DNA of 64,000 bases from Oceanispirochaeta sp. (GTDB lineage Bacteria; Spirochaetota; Spirochaetia; DSM-2461). Where the stretch lies: NCBI GenBank assembly GCA_963666275.2, contig CAXXOA010000002.1, forward strand, positions 1,888,001-1,952,000, in the 5' to 3' direction. Below, piece after piece: positions 30,778-42,846 of the stretch. A program made the position numbers and the translations under genes. The notes beneath the pieces are model-generated. The model ran no database searches. It was not told where the DNA came from and saw only the letters and a list, made by a program, of their open reading frames with translations. The stretch's first letter is position 1; every line of letters begins with the position of its first letter.

Positions 30778-31611
30778 ATGAAAAGGAAACCCCGGATCAG
30801 AACGATTATTCAGATTGTTTTCTTTTTCCTTATTGCCCTGATTGCTGTGAATCATACCCTGGCTGAATCAGGAAGGAGAATTCCCCTTGTGGCGGAAGCG
30901 TCGCTCCATGCGGTATGCCCCTTCGGCGGTGTGGTCAGTATCTATCAGCTTGTGACTACCGGGGGATTTGTCAAGAAAATACACGAATCCAGTCTGGTAC
31001 TGATGGTCATTGTTTTTGCCTCGGCTCTGCTGATGGGGCCTCTTTTCTGCGGCTGGATCTGCCCCTTCGGTACTTTTCAGGAGTTCCTGGGGCGGATCGG
31101 CAGAAAACTCTTTCCCCGGAAATACAACCGGTTTATACCGGCAAAATTCGACAGGTATCTGCGGTTCCTCCGGTATATCCTCCTGTTTCAGGTGCTGTAT
31201 ATGACGGCCCGGTCGGGTGAGATCCTTTTTGCCAATATCGATCCCTATTATGCTCTGTTTCAGTTCTGGACAGGAGAGGTTGCTCTCTCGGCGCTGATCG
31301 TGCTCGGGGTTGTGATGATCCTGTCGCTCTTTGTGGAACGGCCTTTCTGCAAATATGCCTGTCCCTACGGGGCTGTCCTCGGGATATTCAATCTATTCAG
31401 GATCATTCCCCTGAAGCGGAACAGCGCAAGCTGCATCAATTGTAAAAAATGCGACAGAACCTGCCCTATGAATATCACTGTTTCCACAGGGGATACCATA
31501 CGCAGTCATCAGTGCATCAGCTGTTACCAGTGCACCTCATCAGACGGTGTCTGTCCTGTTCCCGCAACGGTTGAATTCAGGTCCGGCAGTTTTCAGGAGG
31601 TTTCAGAATGA
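30778..31611 (+). CDS. Membrane 4Fe-4S binding protein (NapH/YccM-like)
   Basis: CPFG, FCGWICPFG, FCKYACPYG, CINCKKCDRTCP, CISCYQC. Confidence 0.9.
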   Translation: MKRKPRIRTIIQIVFFFLIALIAVNHTLAESGRRIPLVAEASLHAVCPFGGVVSIYQLVTTGGFVKKIHESSLVLMVIVFASALLMGPLFCGWICPFGTFQEFLGRIGRKLFPRKYNRFIPAKFDRYLRFLRYILLFQVLYMTARSGEILFANIDPYYALFQFWTGEVALSALIVLGVVMILSLFVERPFCKYACPYGAVLGIFNLFRIIPLKRNSASCINCKKCDRTCPMNITVSTGDTIRSHQCISCYQCTSSDGVCPVPATVEFRSGSFQEVSE

Positions 31612-32336
31612 AAGTGACAGCAAAGAGTGCGGCTCTGATCCTTCCCCTGTTTTTTGTCATCGGTATCGGATCCACCATGTTCAGCGGTTACTGGCGAACC
31701 GAGAGTTCCAAGGTCCCCGCCCGGTATACCGAAGGGGAGCTGGCGGGAGAATACAACCCGGCGGATATCAGAGGCTCCTATTCATTCGATGACATTGAAG
31801 AGGCTTTCGGAATTCCTGTGGAAACCCTGGCAAAGGCCTTCGGATTTTCCGATGCGGAGAACCCCGGGGCTATGCAGATTAAAACATTTGAAGAATCCTA
31901 CGGCAGTTCCGAAGCCGGGGAGATCGGGACAGACAGTATGAGATTCTTTGTCTCTCTCTACCTGGACAGACCCTATATCCCGGAAGAAGACACGCTCATT
32001 CCCCAGCCGGCTTTCAATATCCTGAAAAAAGAGGGGAACGCCAGCGATGAAACCCTGGCAGAGGTAGAAGATAAAGTTGTCTCCCTGGAAACCATGCGCA
32101 TAGAGGGGGATTCCGTATCGATAGAAGAAGAGGACCATGAAGAGGTCCTGATGGAAATCAAGGGGAAAACCACCTTTGCAGAGCTGCTGGACTGGGGGCT
32201 GAGCCGGGAGCAGATCGAGGAAGCCATGGGGATGCCCATGGGGCAGACAAGCCTTTCCGTACGGGATTACTGTATGGAACAGGGCGTGGAATTCTCATTT
32301 GTGAAATCTGCCATTCAGGAAATGCTGGATCAGTAA
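31608..32336 (+). CDS. Hypothetical membrane-anchored acidic protein, coupled to the 4Fe-4S gene
   Basis: ATGA overlap, N-terminal TM helix, repeated DIRGS / EIKGK-type modules. Confidence 0.75.
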   Translation: MKVTAKSAALILPLFFVIGIGSTMFSGYWRTESSKVPARYTEGELAGEYNPADIRGSYSFDDIEEAFGIPVETLAKAFGFSDAENPGAMQIKTFEESYGSSEAGEIGTDSMRFFVSLYLDRPYIPEEDTLIPQPAFNILKKEGNASDETLAEVEDKVVSLETMRIEGDSVSIEEEDHEEVLMEIKGKTTFAELLDWGLSREQIEEAMGMPMGQTSLSVRDYCMEQGVEFSFVKSAIQEMLDQ

Positions 32337-32391
32337 AAGATCCGGTAACGCAGGCAGAGATGCAGAAAATTGCGCCTCTGCCCGGGTCTTC

Positions 32392-34344
<1,953 letters not shown>

Positions 34345-34381
34345 AAGTGCCGATTGTAACGCTTTTACCGGGAGACTTCAA

Positions 34382-36382
34382 TCATCCTGCGGGAATCAGG
34401 AGGGCTTTGATCTCTGCAGGAGGCAGGGGTTTGTAAAAGTAATAGCCCTGATAGATCTGACAGCCGTTATTCTGGAGAAAGACGAGCTGTTCCTCGGTCT
34501 CCACCCCTTCGGCCACCACATCGCACTCCAGATTGCCCGCCAGTTCAATGATGGAGAGGGCCAGAGCGTTGTCTTTGGGGGATCCGGGAATCCCATCGAT
34601 GAAGGACTTGTCTATCTTCAGGGTATTAATGGGGTAATAGGCCAGACGGGAGAGGGAGGAGTAGCCTTTTCCGAAGTCGTCAATAGAGAGGGTTATATCC
34701 ATATCCCGCAGGAGTTGCAGTTTCTCTTTCAGGCTTTTTTCATTTGCCATGATGCTTGTTTCAGTCAATTCAATATCCAGCCAGTCCGGGTCTATTCCCG
34801 CATCGGAAAGGTGATCCTTCAATTTCCGGATAAAATCAACCTGTCCGAACTGGCGGGGGCTCACATTCACCGAAACTCTCACAGGAGGCATGCCCTTGTA
34901 CTCCCAGGCCCGGATCTGTCTGCAGACAAGGCCCAGAACCATGTCTCCCAGCCTGTCTATCAGACCGGAGTCCTCCGCAATGGGGATAAAGTGCCCCGGA
35001 GGAACTGAACCCAGTACGGGCGACTCCCATCTAAGGAGGCTTTCAATCCCCCTTATCCGTCCCATATTGTCAATTTTAGGCTGATAGACCATGTAGAATT
35101 CCTCATTGTCCATGCCCTTCAGGAGTTCCGCTTCCATTCTGACCCTGCTGTCCAGCTCTTCCTGCATCTCCCTGTCATAGAGGGTTATGGAATTTTTTCC
35201 TTCCGACTTGGCTTTATACATGGCAAACTCGGCTTTTCGTATCATATCCTGCACCGCATCAGCATCGGCGGGGTAGGTACAGATACCGGCACTGGCAGAG
35301 AGCCTGATTTCCTCCCCCTCTATCAGAAAAGGGGTCCGGAAAATATCCCTGGTTTTGCTTATCAGTAACCCCAGATTGTAGGGCGACTGGATATCCGTCA
35401 GAATAATGAGGAATTTATCTCCCATAAAACGGCTGACAAAATCCCCCTCCCTGTAGGAGCATTTCAGCCTGTTTCCCACATCATGGATCAGACGGCTTCC
35501 TTTTTCATTTCCATAGAGATGGTTGATGTGTTTGAACGTATCCAGTCCCAGACACATGACGGAAAAGAACTGCTTCCTGGCCTTGCACTTTTCAAGCTGG
35601 GCTTCTGCTTTCTCTTCAAAATAGCGATAGTTCGGGAGGCGGGTCAGAAAGTCGTAGTAGGCAAAAAAGGAGGCTTCCTCCCGACTCTTTTTATAGTCTT
35701 CCCTGGTTTCAGTCAGATCCCGTATAGAATTATTGAGCTGAAGGATAATAAAATGCTGCCTTTTCACAACCAGATGCATGATCATACCCAGGGTTATGTA
35801 CACTGTCATATTGGCAATGATGACATCAAAGGTAATGATATTATTCCGGAAAGTTTCCACAGACATAAAAACGGGATGCCCCGAGTGGTAGGCTCCCAGA
35901 ATCAGAATCAGATACTGAATGCACACCATACTGCTTGCATACAGGGGAAGAAGGGGCTGAAGGTAGAAGCCGCTGAGCATGATGGCCACACAGTAGAGCA
36001 CTGTGGATGCAGTGCGGACGGAGTGAACAAAATCATTTTCCAGACTGTAGCCCGCCAGGATAATGGTAACAATGGAAACGGTCATAAAAATGGTGATGTA
36101 TTTTATAGCCCGGATGCAGCAGTTTTTTCTGATCAGAAGAAACACAATTCCGTTATAGGCTGTAAAGATCAGAAAACCAGAGAGATTGCTGAGAAAACTC
36201 CTGTTTCCCATGGGAGCTCTGGTCAGGAATTTGAGAAGTATAAGAATAAGGGCAAAAAAAACAGAAAGTATCAGACCGGCTCTGTTGATCCTTTTTTCCG
36301 CAAAAATTTCCTCGTTTTTGTAGAGAGAGCGGAGAAAAGGGGTTTTCTCCAGCAGGAGCTGTTGGGGCTTTTTTCCGCTCAT
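34382..36382 (-). CDS. Membrane-anchored GGDEF-EAL protein
   Basis: YDFLTRLPN, RFMGDKF (degenerate GGDEF), YQPK..ESLLRW, ELTET, IDDFGKGYSS, LKIDKSF, AEGVET. Confidence 0.92.
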   Translation of the reverse strand: MSGKKPQQLLLEKTPFLRSLYKNEEIFAEKRINRAGLILSVFFALILILLKFLTRAPMGNRSFLSNLSGFLIFTAYNGIVFLLIRKNCCIRAIKYITIFMTVSIVTIILAGYSLENDFVHSVRTASTVLYCVAIMLSGFYLQPLLPLYASSMVCIQYLILILGAYHSGHPVFMSVETFRNNIITFDVIIANMTVYITLGMIMHLVVKRQHFIILQLNNSIRDLTETREDYKKSREEASFFAYYDFLTRLPNYRYFEEKAEAQLEKCKARKQFFSVMCLGLDTFKHINHLYGNEKGSRLIHDVGNRLKCSYREGDFVSRFMGDKFLIILTDIQSPYNLGLLISKTRDIFRTPFLIEGEEIRLSASAGICTYPADADAVQDMIRKAEFAMYKAKSEGKNSITLYDREMQEELDSRVRMEAELLKGMDNEEFYMVYQPKIDNMGRIRGIESLLRWESPVLGSVPPGHFIPIAEDSGLIDRLGDMVLGLVCRQIRAWEYKGMPPVRVSVNVSPRQFGQVDFIRKLKDHLSDAGIDPDWLDIELTETSIMANEKSLKEKLQLLRDMDITLSIDDFGKGYSSLSRLAYYPINTLKIDKSFIDGIPGSPKDNALALSIIELAGNLECDVVAEGVETEEQLVFLQNNGCQIYQGYYFYKPLPPAEIKALLIPAG

Positions 36383-36389
36383 TTATCCA

Positions 36390-37787
36390 CTATTCTGCTT
36401 CTGCAGCCGTCTGGTCCGGTTCCATGCTGTTTGCCGCTTCCGCTCCGTCCTCAGGTTCTTCCGCTTCGGGAGTCACAAAGAGGCTCTCGTCAGGGAAGGT
36501 AAAATACATCTGGATGGGGTCGAAGAACTGGTCGGTAATGACAATTCTGTTCTCGATATACCGGCTGTCCACATGCAGAAGGGAGGCTCCGGAATCTCTG
36601 ATGGAATAGAGAAAATCCGCCACTTCTCCGCTGTCGAAATGAAATGTGATAACACCGTCGTAGCGGCTTTTTATCCTGGCATCCGGGAACATCTCGAAAG
36701 ACACCCGGCCGCTGTTGCCTGCGGAAACCGTCAGAACCTGCTGACTGATCAGAGCTGACTTGTCTATCCAGGTGAAACGTCCGGAGTTTTCAAACAGGAT
36801 CGTACCATAGGCCTGACTGGACATCTCGGGTCCTCTGTCGATAAATGCCTGGAGCAGTTCCTCCCGTCTTGTCCTTTCCGCCGCTATCACCTCATCCACG
36901 TCTTCGGACAGTTTGATAAAGGCTTCTGAAATTTCAAGACCCTCGTGTTTGTACTGAACAGAGATAAAGTTTTCATTGTTTATGGTGATTCTGAAAGAGG
37001 TTCCGGCAAAATCGTATCTGTTGGCACCGATCCTGGTTACACCGTCGAAGGTGCTCTGAACCGATCTTTCATCGGTATTCAGAGTGATTGTTCTGGCTTC
37101 CCTGTCAACAAAGAGGCCATAGTCGGGACGGAACTGTTTCAGATCTATCTGACGTCTTGTCAGCATATCCTGGAAGGATTCGGGCCGCCACTGGGAGGAA
37201 AAGAAATTTTCAAGCTGGGGGTCGGAAGTGTCTTTTTCATTCTGTACAACCATTTCCTGCTTGTCATTGAGGCTGTACACGGTCAGATAGGCATCAAAAG
37301 TATAGCCTTCCACACCGTCTCCGGTGAGAACCGTATACCAGTACCCCTCGAAGCGGCCCACTTCCACAAGATCACTCCGGCCCAGAACCTTGATCTCCTG
37401 ACCTTCCCTAAGCTTATAGACCCTTTCGGAAGAGGCATCGGGCTGCTCCCTCATGGGAAGGCTGGCCCTGTCGGTAAAGGCGTAGACCGAGGTCCACTCT
37501 TCATAATCCGCGGCAAACTCCTCGGCAGACGCGGCTTTTTCAAAAAACCTGACCCGCCAGGTAGGGAGTTCAAACCTGTCTTTGGTACCTTTGATCTGAA
37601 CAATATAGGAATGGCGGATCTGAGACTCCGAAAGAATATCCGTAATGGATCCCGTAGGGAGTCCCTCCTGGTCGCTCCAGAGAATGACACCGTGGCCTAT
37701 CCGGCGGTTACAGCCGGAGAGGGCGAGAGTCAGGGTTATGGTTAAAGTAAAAAGGAGAATTCTTCCGGTTTTTCTGTTCATACGCAT
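36390..37787 (-). CDS. SH3-domain lipoprotein
   Basis: Lipobox LALSGC; SH3b-like LPMREQPD..IKVLG..GYWY.V....VEGYTF. Confidence 0.8.
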   Translation of the reverse strand: MRMNRKTGRILLFTLTITLTLALSGCNRRIGHGVILWSDQEGLPTGSITDILSESQIRHSYIVQIKGTKDRFELPTWRVRFFEKAASAEEFAADYEEWTSVYAFTDRASLPMREQPDASSERVYKLREGQEIKVLGRSDLVEVGRFEGYWYTVLTGDGVEGYTFDAYLTVYSLNDKQEMVVQNEKDTSDPQLENFFSSQWRPESFQDMLTRRQIDLKQFRPDYGLFVDREARTITLNTDERSVQSTFDGVTRIGANRYDFAGTSFRITINNENFISVQYKHEGLEISEAFIKLSEDVDEVIAAERTRREELLQAFIDRGPEMSSQAYGTILFENSGRFTWIDKSALISQQVLTVSAGNSGRVSFEMFPDARIKSRYDGVITFHFDSGEVADFLYSIRDSGASLLHVDSRYIENRIVITDQFFDPIQMYFTFPDESLFVTPEAEEPEDGAEAANSMEPDQTAAEAE

Positions 37788-37906
37788 TTTAGCAATTCCT
37801 TCTGTCGGGGCTGCGGGTATCAGGGCTTCTATCCTGTGGAGGACGCAGATCTGCGTCCCGTACAATATAAGTATTGCGGTATTTTACAGGGGGAAAGGGC
37901 CCTAGG

Positions 37907-39175
37907 TCAATGTTGCTGAAGCCGGGGCAGGCTGTCTATGATCACTGTCAGCAGGATCAGTCCGCCGCTGAGCACCGCCAGGGCAATACCGATTCCCCAC
38001 AGGTCTGCCATAACACCGCAGGAAAGAGCCGTCAGAGCCGTCAGGACTGTTTTCCACTGGGACTGAACAGACAGAACTGAAGTCAGGACGGAGTTGTCCA
38101 CCGCATCGGCCACGTACCCTGTCATCACTGGTTTTCTCATATTTTCGATGATATAGATAAGGATAAAGAAGAATACCGCCCCCGGTGAAAATCCGGTCCA
38201 GTAGAGTAGTCCGCTGACAAGTCCGGCTCCCAGGCCCAGTATGAGGGTTTTTTCCGCCAGCCGGGGAATCCTGATTCTTGTAAGAAGGGAGGAGTGGGCC
38301 GAAGCGGCGGAAGTGAGAAGGAAGATTCCGAAATAGAGAACTCCCACCAGCAAGGCAGTCCGTTCTTCCACGCTCCTGCGGGAAAAGAAGGGGAGCAGCA
38401 GGATCATGGTCACCATCATGGGCTGGATATAGTCCTTCATGGCTTTCAGATAAGCCGTATGAAGGGCGGAATTATGGATCAACCGGATATTCCGGGGAGA
38501 TTTCATCACTGCCAGAAACTGGAATAGCAGCCTTTTGAGGCGATCCAGGGTGCCGCAGGACGGACCCAGATCTCCGCACTCTTCTTCACCGCTTTTATCC
38601 ACAAAAGAGGGATAGGAGAGGATCAGGAAAAAATTGATGATATAGGGAATGACGGAAAAGAGAAAAACCGGATCGTAGCTTCCTGCATAAAAGACAATGG
38701 CTCCCGCCAGAAGGGAGGATACAGCCAGTCCGAACTGGGACCAGGCCCTGGTCCGGCTGTAATAATCGGCCATGAGATTTTTCATGCCCTTCTGGGTCAG
38801 GTATTCCTTGATCATTCCCTTATGGGTTCCCGAACGGAAAGCTTCTCCCACGCCGAAGAAGAAAAAAGCTCCCAGAAAAAGGCCGTAGCTTTCAGAGAAA
38901 AACAGCAGCAGGAAAGAGATTATATAGGCCACAAAAGAACCTGCCAGGGCCCGTTTTCTGCCGAATACATCCGCAGCGATGCCCGAAGGAATCTCAAGTA
39001 CATTGGTAGCGATCTCCTGAAGGGCATAGAGGCTTCCTATCGCGGTAAAGGAAAGGCCCTTGTCCCTGAGGAAGAGGATCAGGAAGGCTTCAAAGAATTT
39101 CAGGTTTTTCAGAAAACCGTAGGCACAGAATTTCCTGTACTGGGCGTTCCGGGGGAAGGGTGTTTTGGGCTGCAT
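37907..39175 (-). CDS. MFS transporter
   Basis: EIPSGIAADVFGRKRAL, GEAFRSGT; about 12 hydrophobic segments. Confidence 0.88.
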   Translation of the reverse strand: MQPKTPFPRNAQYRKFCAYGFLKNLKFFEAFLILFLRDKGLSFTAIGSLYALQEIATNVLEIPSGIAADVFGRKRALAGSFVAYIISFLLLFFSESYGLFLGAFFFFGVGEAFRSGTHKGMIKEYLTQKGMKNLMADYYSRTRAWSQFGLAVSSLLAGAIVFYAGSYDPVFLFSVIPYIINFFLILSYPSFVDKSGEEECGDLGPSCGTLDRLKRLLFQFLAVMKSPRNIRLIHNSALHTAYLKAMKDYIQPMMVTMILLLPFFSRRSVEERTALLVGVLYFGIFLLTSAASAHSSLLTRIRIPRLAEKTLILGLGAGLVSGLLYWTGFSPGAVFFFILIYIIENMRKPVMTGYVADAVDNSVLTSVLSVQSQWKTVLTALTALSCGVMADLWGIGIALAVLSGGLILLTVIIDSLPRLQQH

Positions 39176-39349
39176 AGGGGTATTATACGTTCAGCCCGAT
39201 CTTGTAGGCAAGAGGTTTTACAGCTTCCGGACACACAGAATAACATAAATGCGGCAGCATAGGATTTCTCCAGTGATATCTAAGACGGGAAAACTCTGAT
39301 GGCTTCGGATCTATCTGGAGCAGGTATTTTGGATTGGTATGGTTCTTAT

Positions 39350-39727
39350 TTACATAACCTTGATAAGCAGAGAAATAAATCCACCCAGCATTGTAATGAA
39401 AATGGCTGTTAAAAAGCTGTAAACACGGTTGAATCTTTTCTCTACACCTTCGAATCTCAGATTCATATAAGATTGCATATCGGTAAACCGTTTATCCATG
39501 GATTGAAAACGTTTATCAGACTGATCCATCATCATTTCAAGCTTATCATTCTGAAATTTCAGCTGCTGCTCAATCGTAACAATCCGTTCCATCAGCTCGA
39601 GAGAGGTCTTCTCCGTTCTTTCCGGGAAGAGGAGTATATTCTGCTCCCTTATCCATTGACCGATATGATTTTTTACATAGCTCCCTATCTGTTCCAGCTG
39701 ATTCTGGTCCACCTGCGGTTCTCCCAT
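39350..39727 (-). CDS. Coiled-coil protein with C-terminal TM helix (DUF1640/Bdr-like), paralog of 45432-45782
   Basis: DKRF heptads, hydrophobic C-terminus, SD AGGAG. Confidence 0.75.
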   Translation of the reverse strand: MGEPQVDQNQLEQIGSYVKNHIGQWIREQNILLFPERTEKTSLELMERIVTIEQQLKFQNDKLEMMMDQSDKRFQSMDKRFTDMQSYMNLRFEGVEKRFNRVYSFLTAIFITMLGGFISLLIKVM

Positions 39728-39809
39728 TATAATCTCCTTATATTATAGTTTTTTGTTACAGTATGGGCAATTCATGAATTGTCCATACTGCGTCTTTACC
39801 TGTTTTATG

Positions 39810-40181
39810 TCATCCGATGCCTTTGTAGTGCTCAAAGTGGGTAACCCCACCTCCTGCGGGCAGGAGGATACACACCGCATCCATCCTGGCCGGGCCTCTG
39901 TATTTCTTTTTGGCCATATAAATTTCCGCGGTTTTCCGCATCTGCTTCAGTTTGCTGTAGTTCAGGGTCTCCTCGGGCATTCCCCGGTTCCCGTCGGACT
40001 TTGTCCTGACTTCCACAAAGACAAGGGTCTCACCCTGTCGGGCCAGGATATCGATATCCGAGTGGCCTACCTGTTCGTTCCGCTGCAGGATCGTATAGCC
40101 CCGGTCGATCAGGTACTGCTCCGCCAGGTCTTCTCCTTTCCGGCCCAGGTCGACTTTTTGCCTATTGTCTGTACTCTCCAT
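39810..40181 (-). CDS. yraN: YraN family endonuclease
   Basis: LGRKGEDLAEQYL, DIDILA, LVFVEVRT, RMDAV. Confidence 0.9.
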   Translation of the reverse strand: MESTDNRQKVDLGRKGEDLAEQYLIDRGYTILQRNEQVGHSDIDILARQGETLVFVEVRTKSDGNRGMPEETLNYSKLKQMRKTAEIYMAKKKYRGPARMDAVCILLPAGGGVTHFEHYKGIG

Positions 40182-40285
40182 TTTCTGATCCTTTGTTGAC
40201 GCTGTCAGTGGTATGGGCTCTTCCGGGTAAGGCCCCCGTCCTCTGAAGGGGAGGCACTTTACCGGTTCATCTGTTTGTTCTAAAC

Positions 40286-40321
40286 CCCCGTAGAGACGCG
40301 ATAAATCGCGTCTCTACGGGG
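40286..40321. repeat. GTAG-type REP palindrome
   Basis: CCCCGTAGAGACGCGAT-aa-ATCGCGTCTCTACGGGG. Confidence 0.8.
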
Positions 40322-41843
40322 CTATCCGGGGGCGGTACTGCAGGGCTTCGGCAATATGGACTTCCTGTACTTTGTCAGTTCCCTCCAGGTCGGCTATGGT
40401 GCGGGATATCTTCAGCACTTTCAGATAGGACCGGGCGGAGAGCTGGAAGGATTCGGCGGCACGGGAGAGCATCTGCTGCGGGGCGCTCTCCAGGGCTATG
40501 TACTCCCGGACCTGACGGTTTTTCATCTCTCCGTTGGTGTGGATCCCATCCTCTCTGTACCGGCTCTGCTGAATCTCCCGGGCCCGATTGACCCTTTCCC
40601 TGATCTGCCGGGAGGGCTCTTTACAGGCAGTCCCGCTGATGCCCCCGGCCAGTTTGCGGATATCCACTACAGGAACGTCCACATGAAGGTCTATCCGGTC
40701 CAGGATGGGTCCGGACAGTTTTTTTCTGTACCGGTGGATCTCCCGGGGGGTGCAGACGCACTCTTTGGAGTCATCGTTCAGATAGCCGCAGGGACAGGGG
40801 TTGGCCGCCGCAATCAGAATAAAACGGGAAGGGTAGGTGACCCGCTCCAGGCTGCGGGATATGGTCAGGTGTCCGTCCTCCAGAGGCTGCCGCAGGGCTT
40901 CTATGATGGCCCGGGGAAACTCGTTGAACTCATCCAGAAAAAGGATCCCCCGGTGGGCCAGGCTGATCTCCCCGGGCTGGGGATGGGATCCTCCCCCCAC
41001 CAGGCCCGCCTGGGAGATGATATGATGGGGAGAACGGAAGGGCCGGTTGACAATAAGGGACCCTCCCGGGGGGATGTTGCCTGCACTGGAGTATATTTTG
41101 GTGACCTCCAGGGACTCTTCCGGATTCAGGAGGGGGAGAATCCCCGGCATGGCCCGGGCCAGCATGGTCTTTCCGGAACCCGGCGATCCCACCATCAGAA
41201 CATTGTGGCCCCCCGCAGCGGCTATCTCCAGAGCCCTTTTGGCCTGTTCCTGTCCCAGAACTTCAGCCATATCGAATTCGGTGACGCTTGTCTCTTTATG
41301 TCCGCTCTTTCTGTATTCCGCCGGTTCTACAGTCTCCTTTCCGCAGAGGCAGCGGGCAATCTGGTTCAGGTTTTCCACAGGATAGACATTGATGCCCCTC
41401 ACAATGGAGGCTTCATTGGCCGATTCGGCCGGGACATACACAGCCTTCAGTCCCTGCTCCTGGGCAAACAGGGCTGCCAGAAGGGCCCCTTTGGTGTGCC
41501 TCAGAGTCCCGTCCAGAGAGAGCTCTCCGAAAAAGAGGGAGTCCCCGGGGATTTCGAAATCCAGGATAGATGAGAGGATCCCCAGGGCAATGGGGAAGTC
41601 GTAGAAGGCACCGTTCTTGGGAACATCCCCGGGAGCCAGGTTGACTGTGATCCGTCTGAGGGGAAAGGAGAAGCCGCCGTTCACCAGGGCCGTCCGGACC
41701 CTCTCCCGGCTTTCGCCCACCGCCTTGTTGGGAAGGCCCACCAGGTCAAATGAGGGGAGGCCTTTGTCGGCTACATTCACTTCCACATCGATTTTCAGGG
41801 TGCTCAGACCGGAGAATGAGACCGAAGTAACCTTTATAAGCAC
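40314..41843 (-). CDS. comM: ComM/YifB Mg-chelatase-like AAA+ ATPase
   Basis: VGLP..AV.ESRERVR, RITVNLAP, GSPGSGKT, RPFRSPHH, PGEISLAHRGILFLDE, NPCPCG, LSGPILDRID. Confidence 0.95.
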   Translation of the reverse strand: MLIKVTSVSFSGLSTLKIDVEVNVADKGLPSFDLVGLPNKAVGESRERVRTALVNGGFSFPLRRITVNLAPGDVPKNGAFYDFPIALGILSSILDFEIPGDSLFFGELSLDGTLRHTKGALLAALFAQEQGLKAVYVPAESANEASIVRGINVYPVENLNQIARCLCGKETVEPAEYRKSGHKETSVTEFDMAEVLGQEQAKRALEIAAAGGHNVLMVGSPGSGKTMLARAMPGILPLLNPEESLEVTKIYSSAGNIPPGGSLIVNRPFRSPHHIISQAGLVGGGSHPQPGEISLAHRGILFLDEFNEFPRAIIEALRQPLEDGHLTISRSLERVTYPSRFILIAAANPCPCGYLNDDSKECVCTPREIHRYRKKLSGPILDRIDLHVDVPVVDIRKLAGGISGTACKEPSRQIRERVNRAREIQQSRYREDGIHTNGEMKNRQVREYIALESAPQQMLSRAAESFQLSARSYLKVLKISRTIADLEGTDKVQEVHIAEALQYRPRIAP

Positions 41844-42727
41844 AGATACCCTCCCTGACCGGGGTTCCGGGCCAGTTCATAACGGCCCTCCCGGAGTATG
41901 AGATGATTTTTCATGGTAAGAAGGGTCAGGTCCGCCCCCACCCGGGAGGAGGGCTCCCGGAGAAGCCGGATCAATTCATCCGCCGTCATAGCTTCCCGGG
42001 AGAGCTGGTCCACAATGGCTTTCTGCAGGGGGCTGAAGTTTTCTGTATTTGTCTTCTCTTTTTTTGGAGTGGCTTCCACAGAGAGTCCGTACTCTGCCAG
42101 GATATCTGCCGGCTCCGTCACAATGGCCGCCCCCTGCTTCAGGAGTCGGGCCGTTCCCACCGATACCCGGCTTGTCAGAGGGCCGGGGAGGGCAAAGATC
42201 TTTTTATTGTACTTCCGGGAGAGCCGGGCTGTGATCAGGGCGCCGCTTTTAGGGGCCGCTTCGATCACAAGCAGCACCGGAGCCAGGGCGGCAACAATTC
42301 GGTTACGCCGGGGATAGCTCCAGAGGGCGGGGGGCATATCCCCGGGGTATTCGGAAAGGACCATTCCTCCCGAAGAGAGGATTTTCCCGTAGAGGTCCTC
42401 CTGATAGGACGGATGGATCCTCTCTATCCCGCAGGGCATAACCGCAATGGTCTTTCCCGGGGCTTCTACTGCCGCATTATGAGCCGCCGCATCAACGCCG
42501 TACATAAAACCCGACACCACGGTGATCCCTTCCCGGGCAATGGCGCTTACCAGGCGGTCTGTCATGGTTTCTCCGTATCGGGTCATCTTCCTGGAGCCTA
42601 CTACGCTGATGGTCTTTTCAAAAAGTTCCGGGTTCCACTCGCCCTGGTAGTAGAGGACCTCCGGCGGGTCGGGTATCCTTTTCAGGGATACAGGGTATTC
42701 GCTGCTTCTGCTGTCAATCTGATTCAT
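41834..42727 (-). CDS. dprA: DNA-processing protein DprA
   Basis: IPDPP, VVGSR, VVSGFMYGVDAAAH, SEYP, YPRRNRIVA, EAAPKSGALITA. Confidence 0.95.
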   Translation of the reverse strand: MNQIDSRSSEYPVSLKRIPDPPEVLYYQGEWNPELFEKTISVVGSRKMTRYGETMTDRLVSAIAREGITVVSGFMYGVDAAAHNAAVEAPGKTIAVMPCGIERIHPSYQEDLYGKILSSGGMVLSEYPGDMPPALWSYPRRNRIVAALAPVLLVIEAAPKSGALITARLSRKYNKKIFALPGPLTSRVSVGTARLLKQGAAIVTEPADILAEYGLSVEATPKKEKTNTENFSPLQKAIVDQLSREAMTADELIRLLREPSSRVGADLTLLTMKNHLILREGRYELARNPGQGGYLCL

Positions 42728-42846
42728 ACAGGACTTTACTCTCTGTATTTCCCGGCTGCTTCAATTTAGTGATTTTTTTCTTAAAAGAAATATTGGTTTA
42801 TTAAATATCTTGATATGCCATGCAAGCTGTGTTAGATTATAAATAT

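Noticed and set aside
39260..39325. Fluoride riboswitch (CTGATGGCTTC)
   Set aside because: Lacks the 5' GGCGATGG..TTCGCC stem and has no co-oriented downstream gene.
40356..41573. Long antisense ORFs (also 2677-3792, 16808-17797, 32563-33603, 35483-36502)
   Set aside because: Shadow frames opposite well-supported genes, with no motifs of their own.
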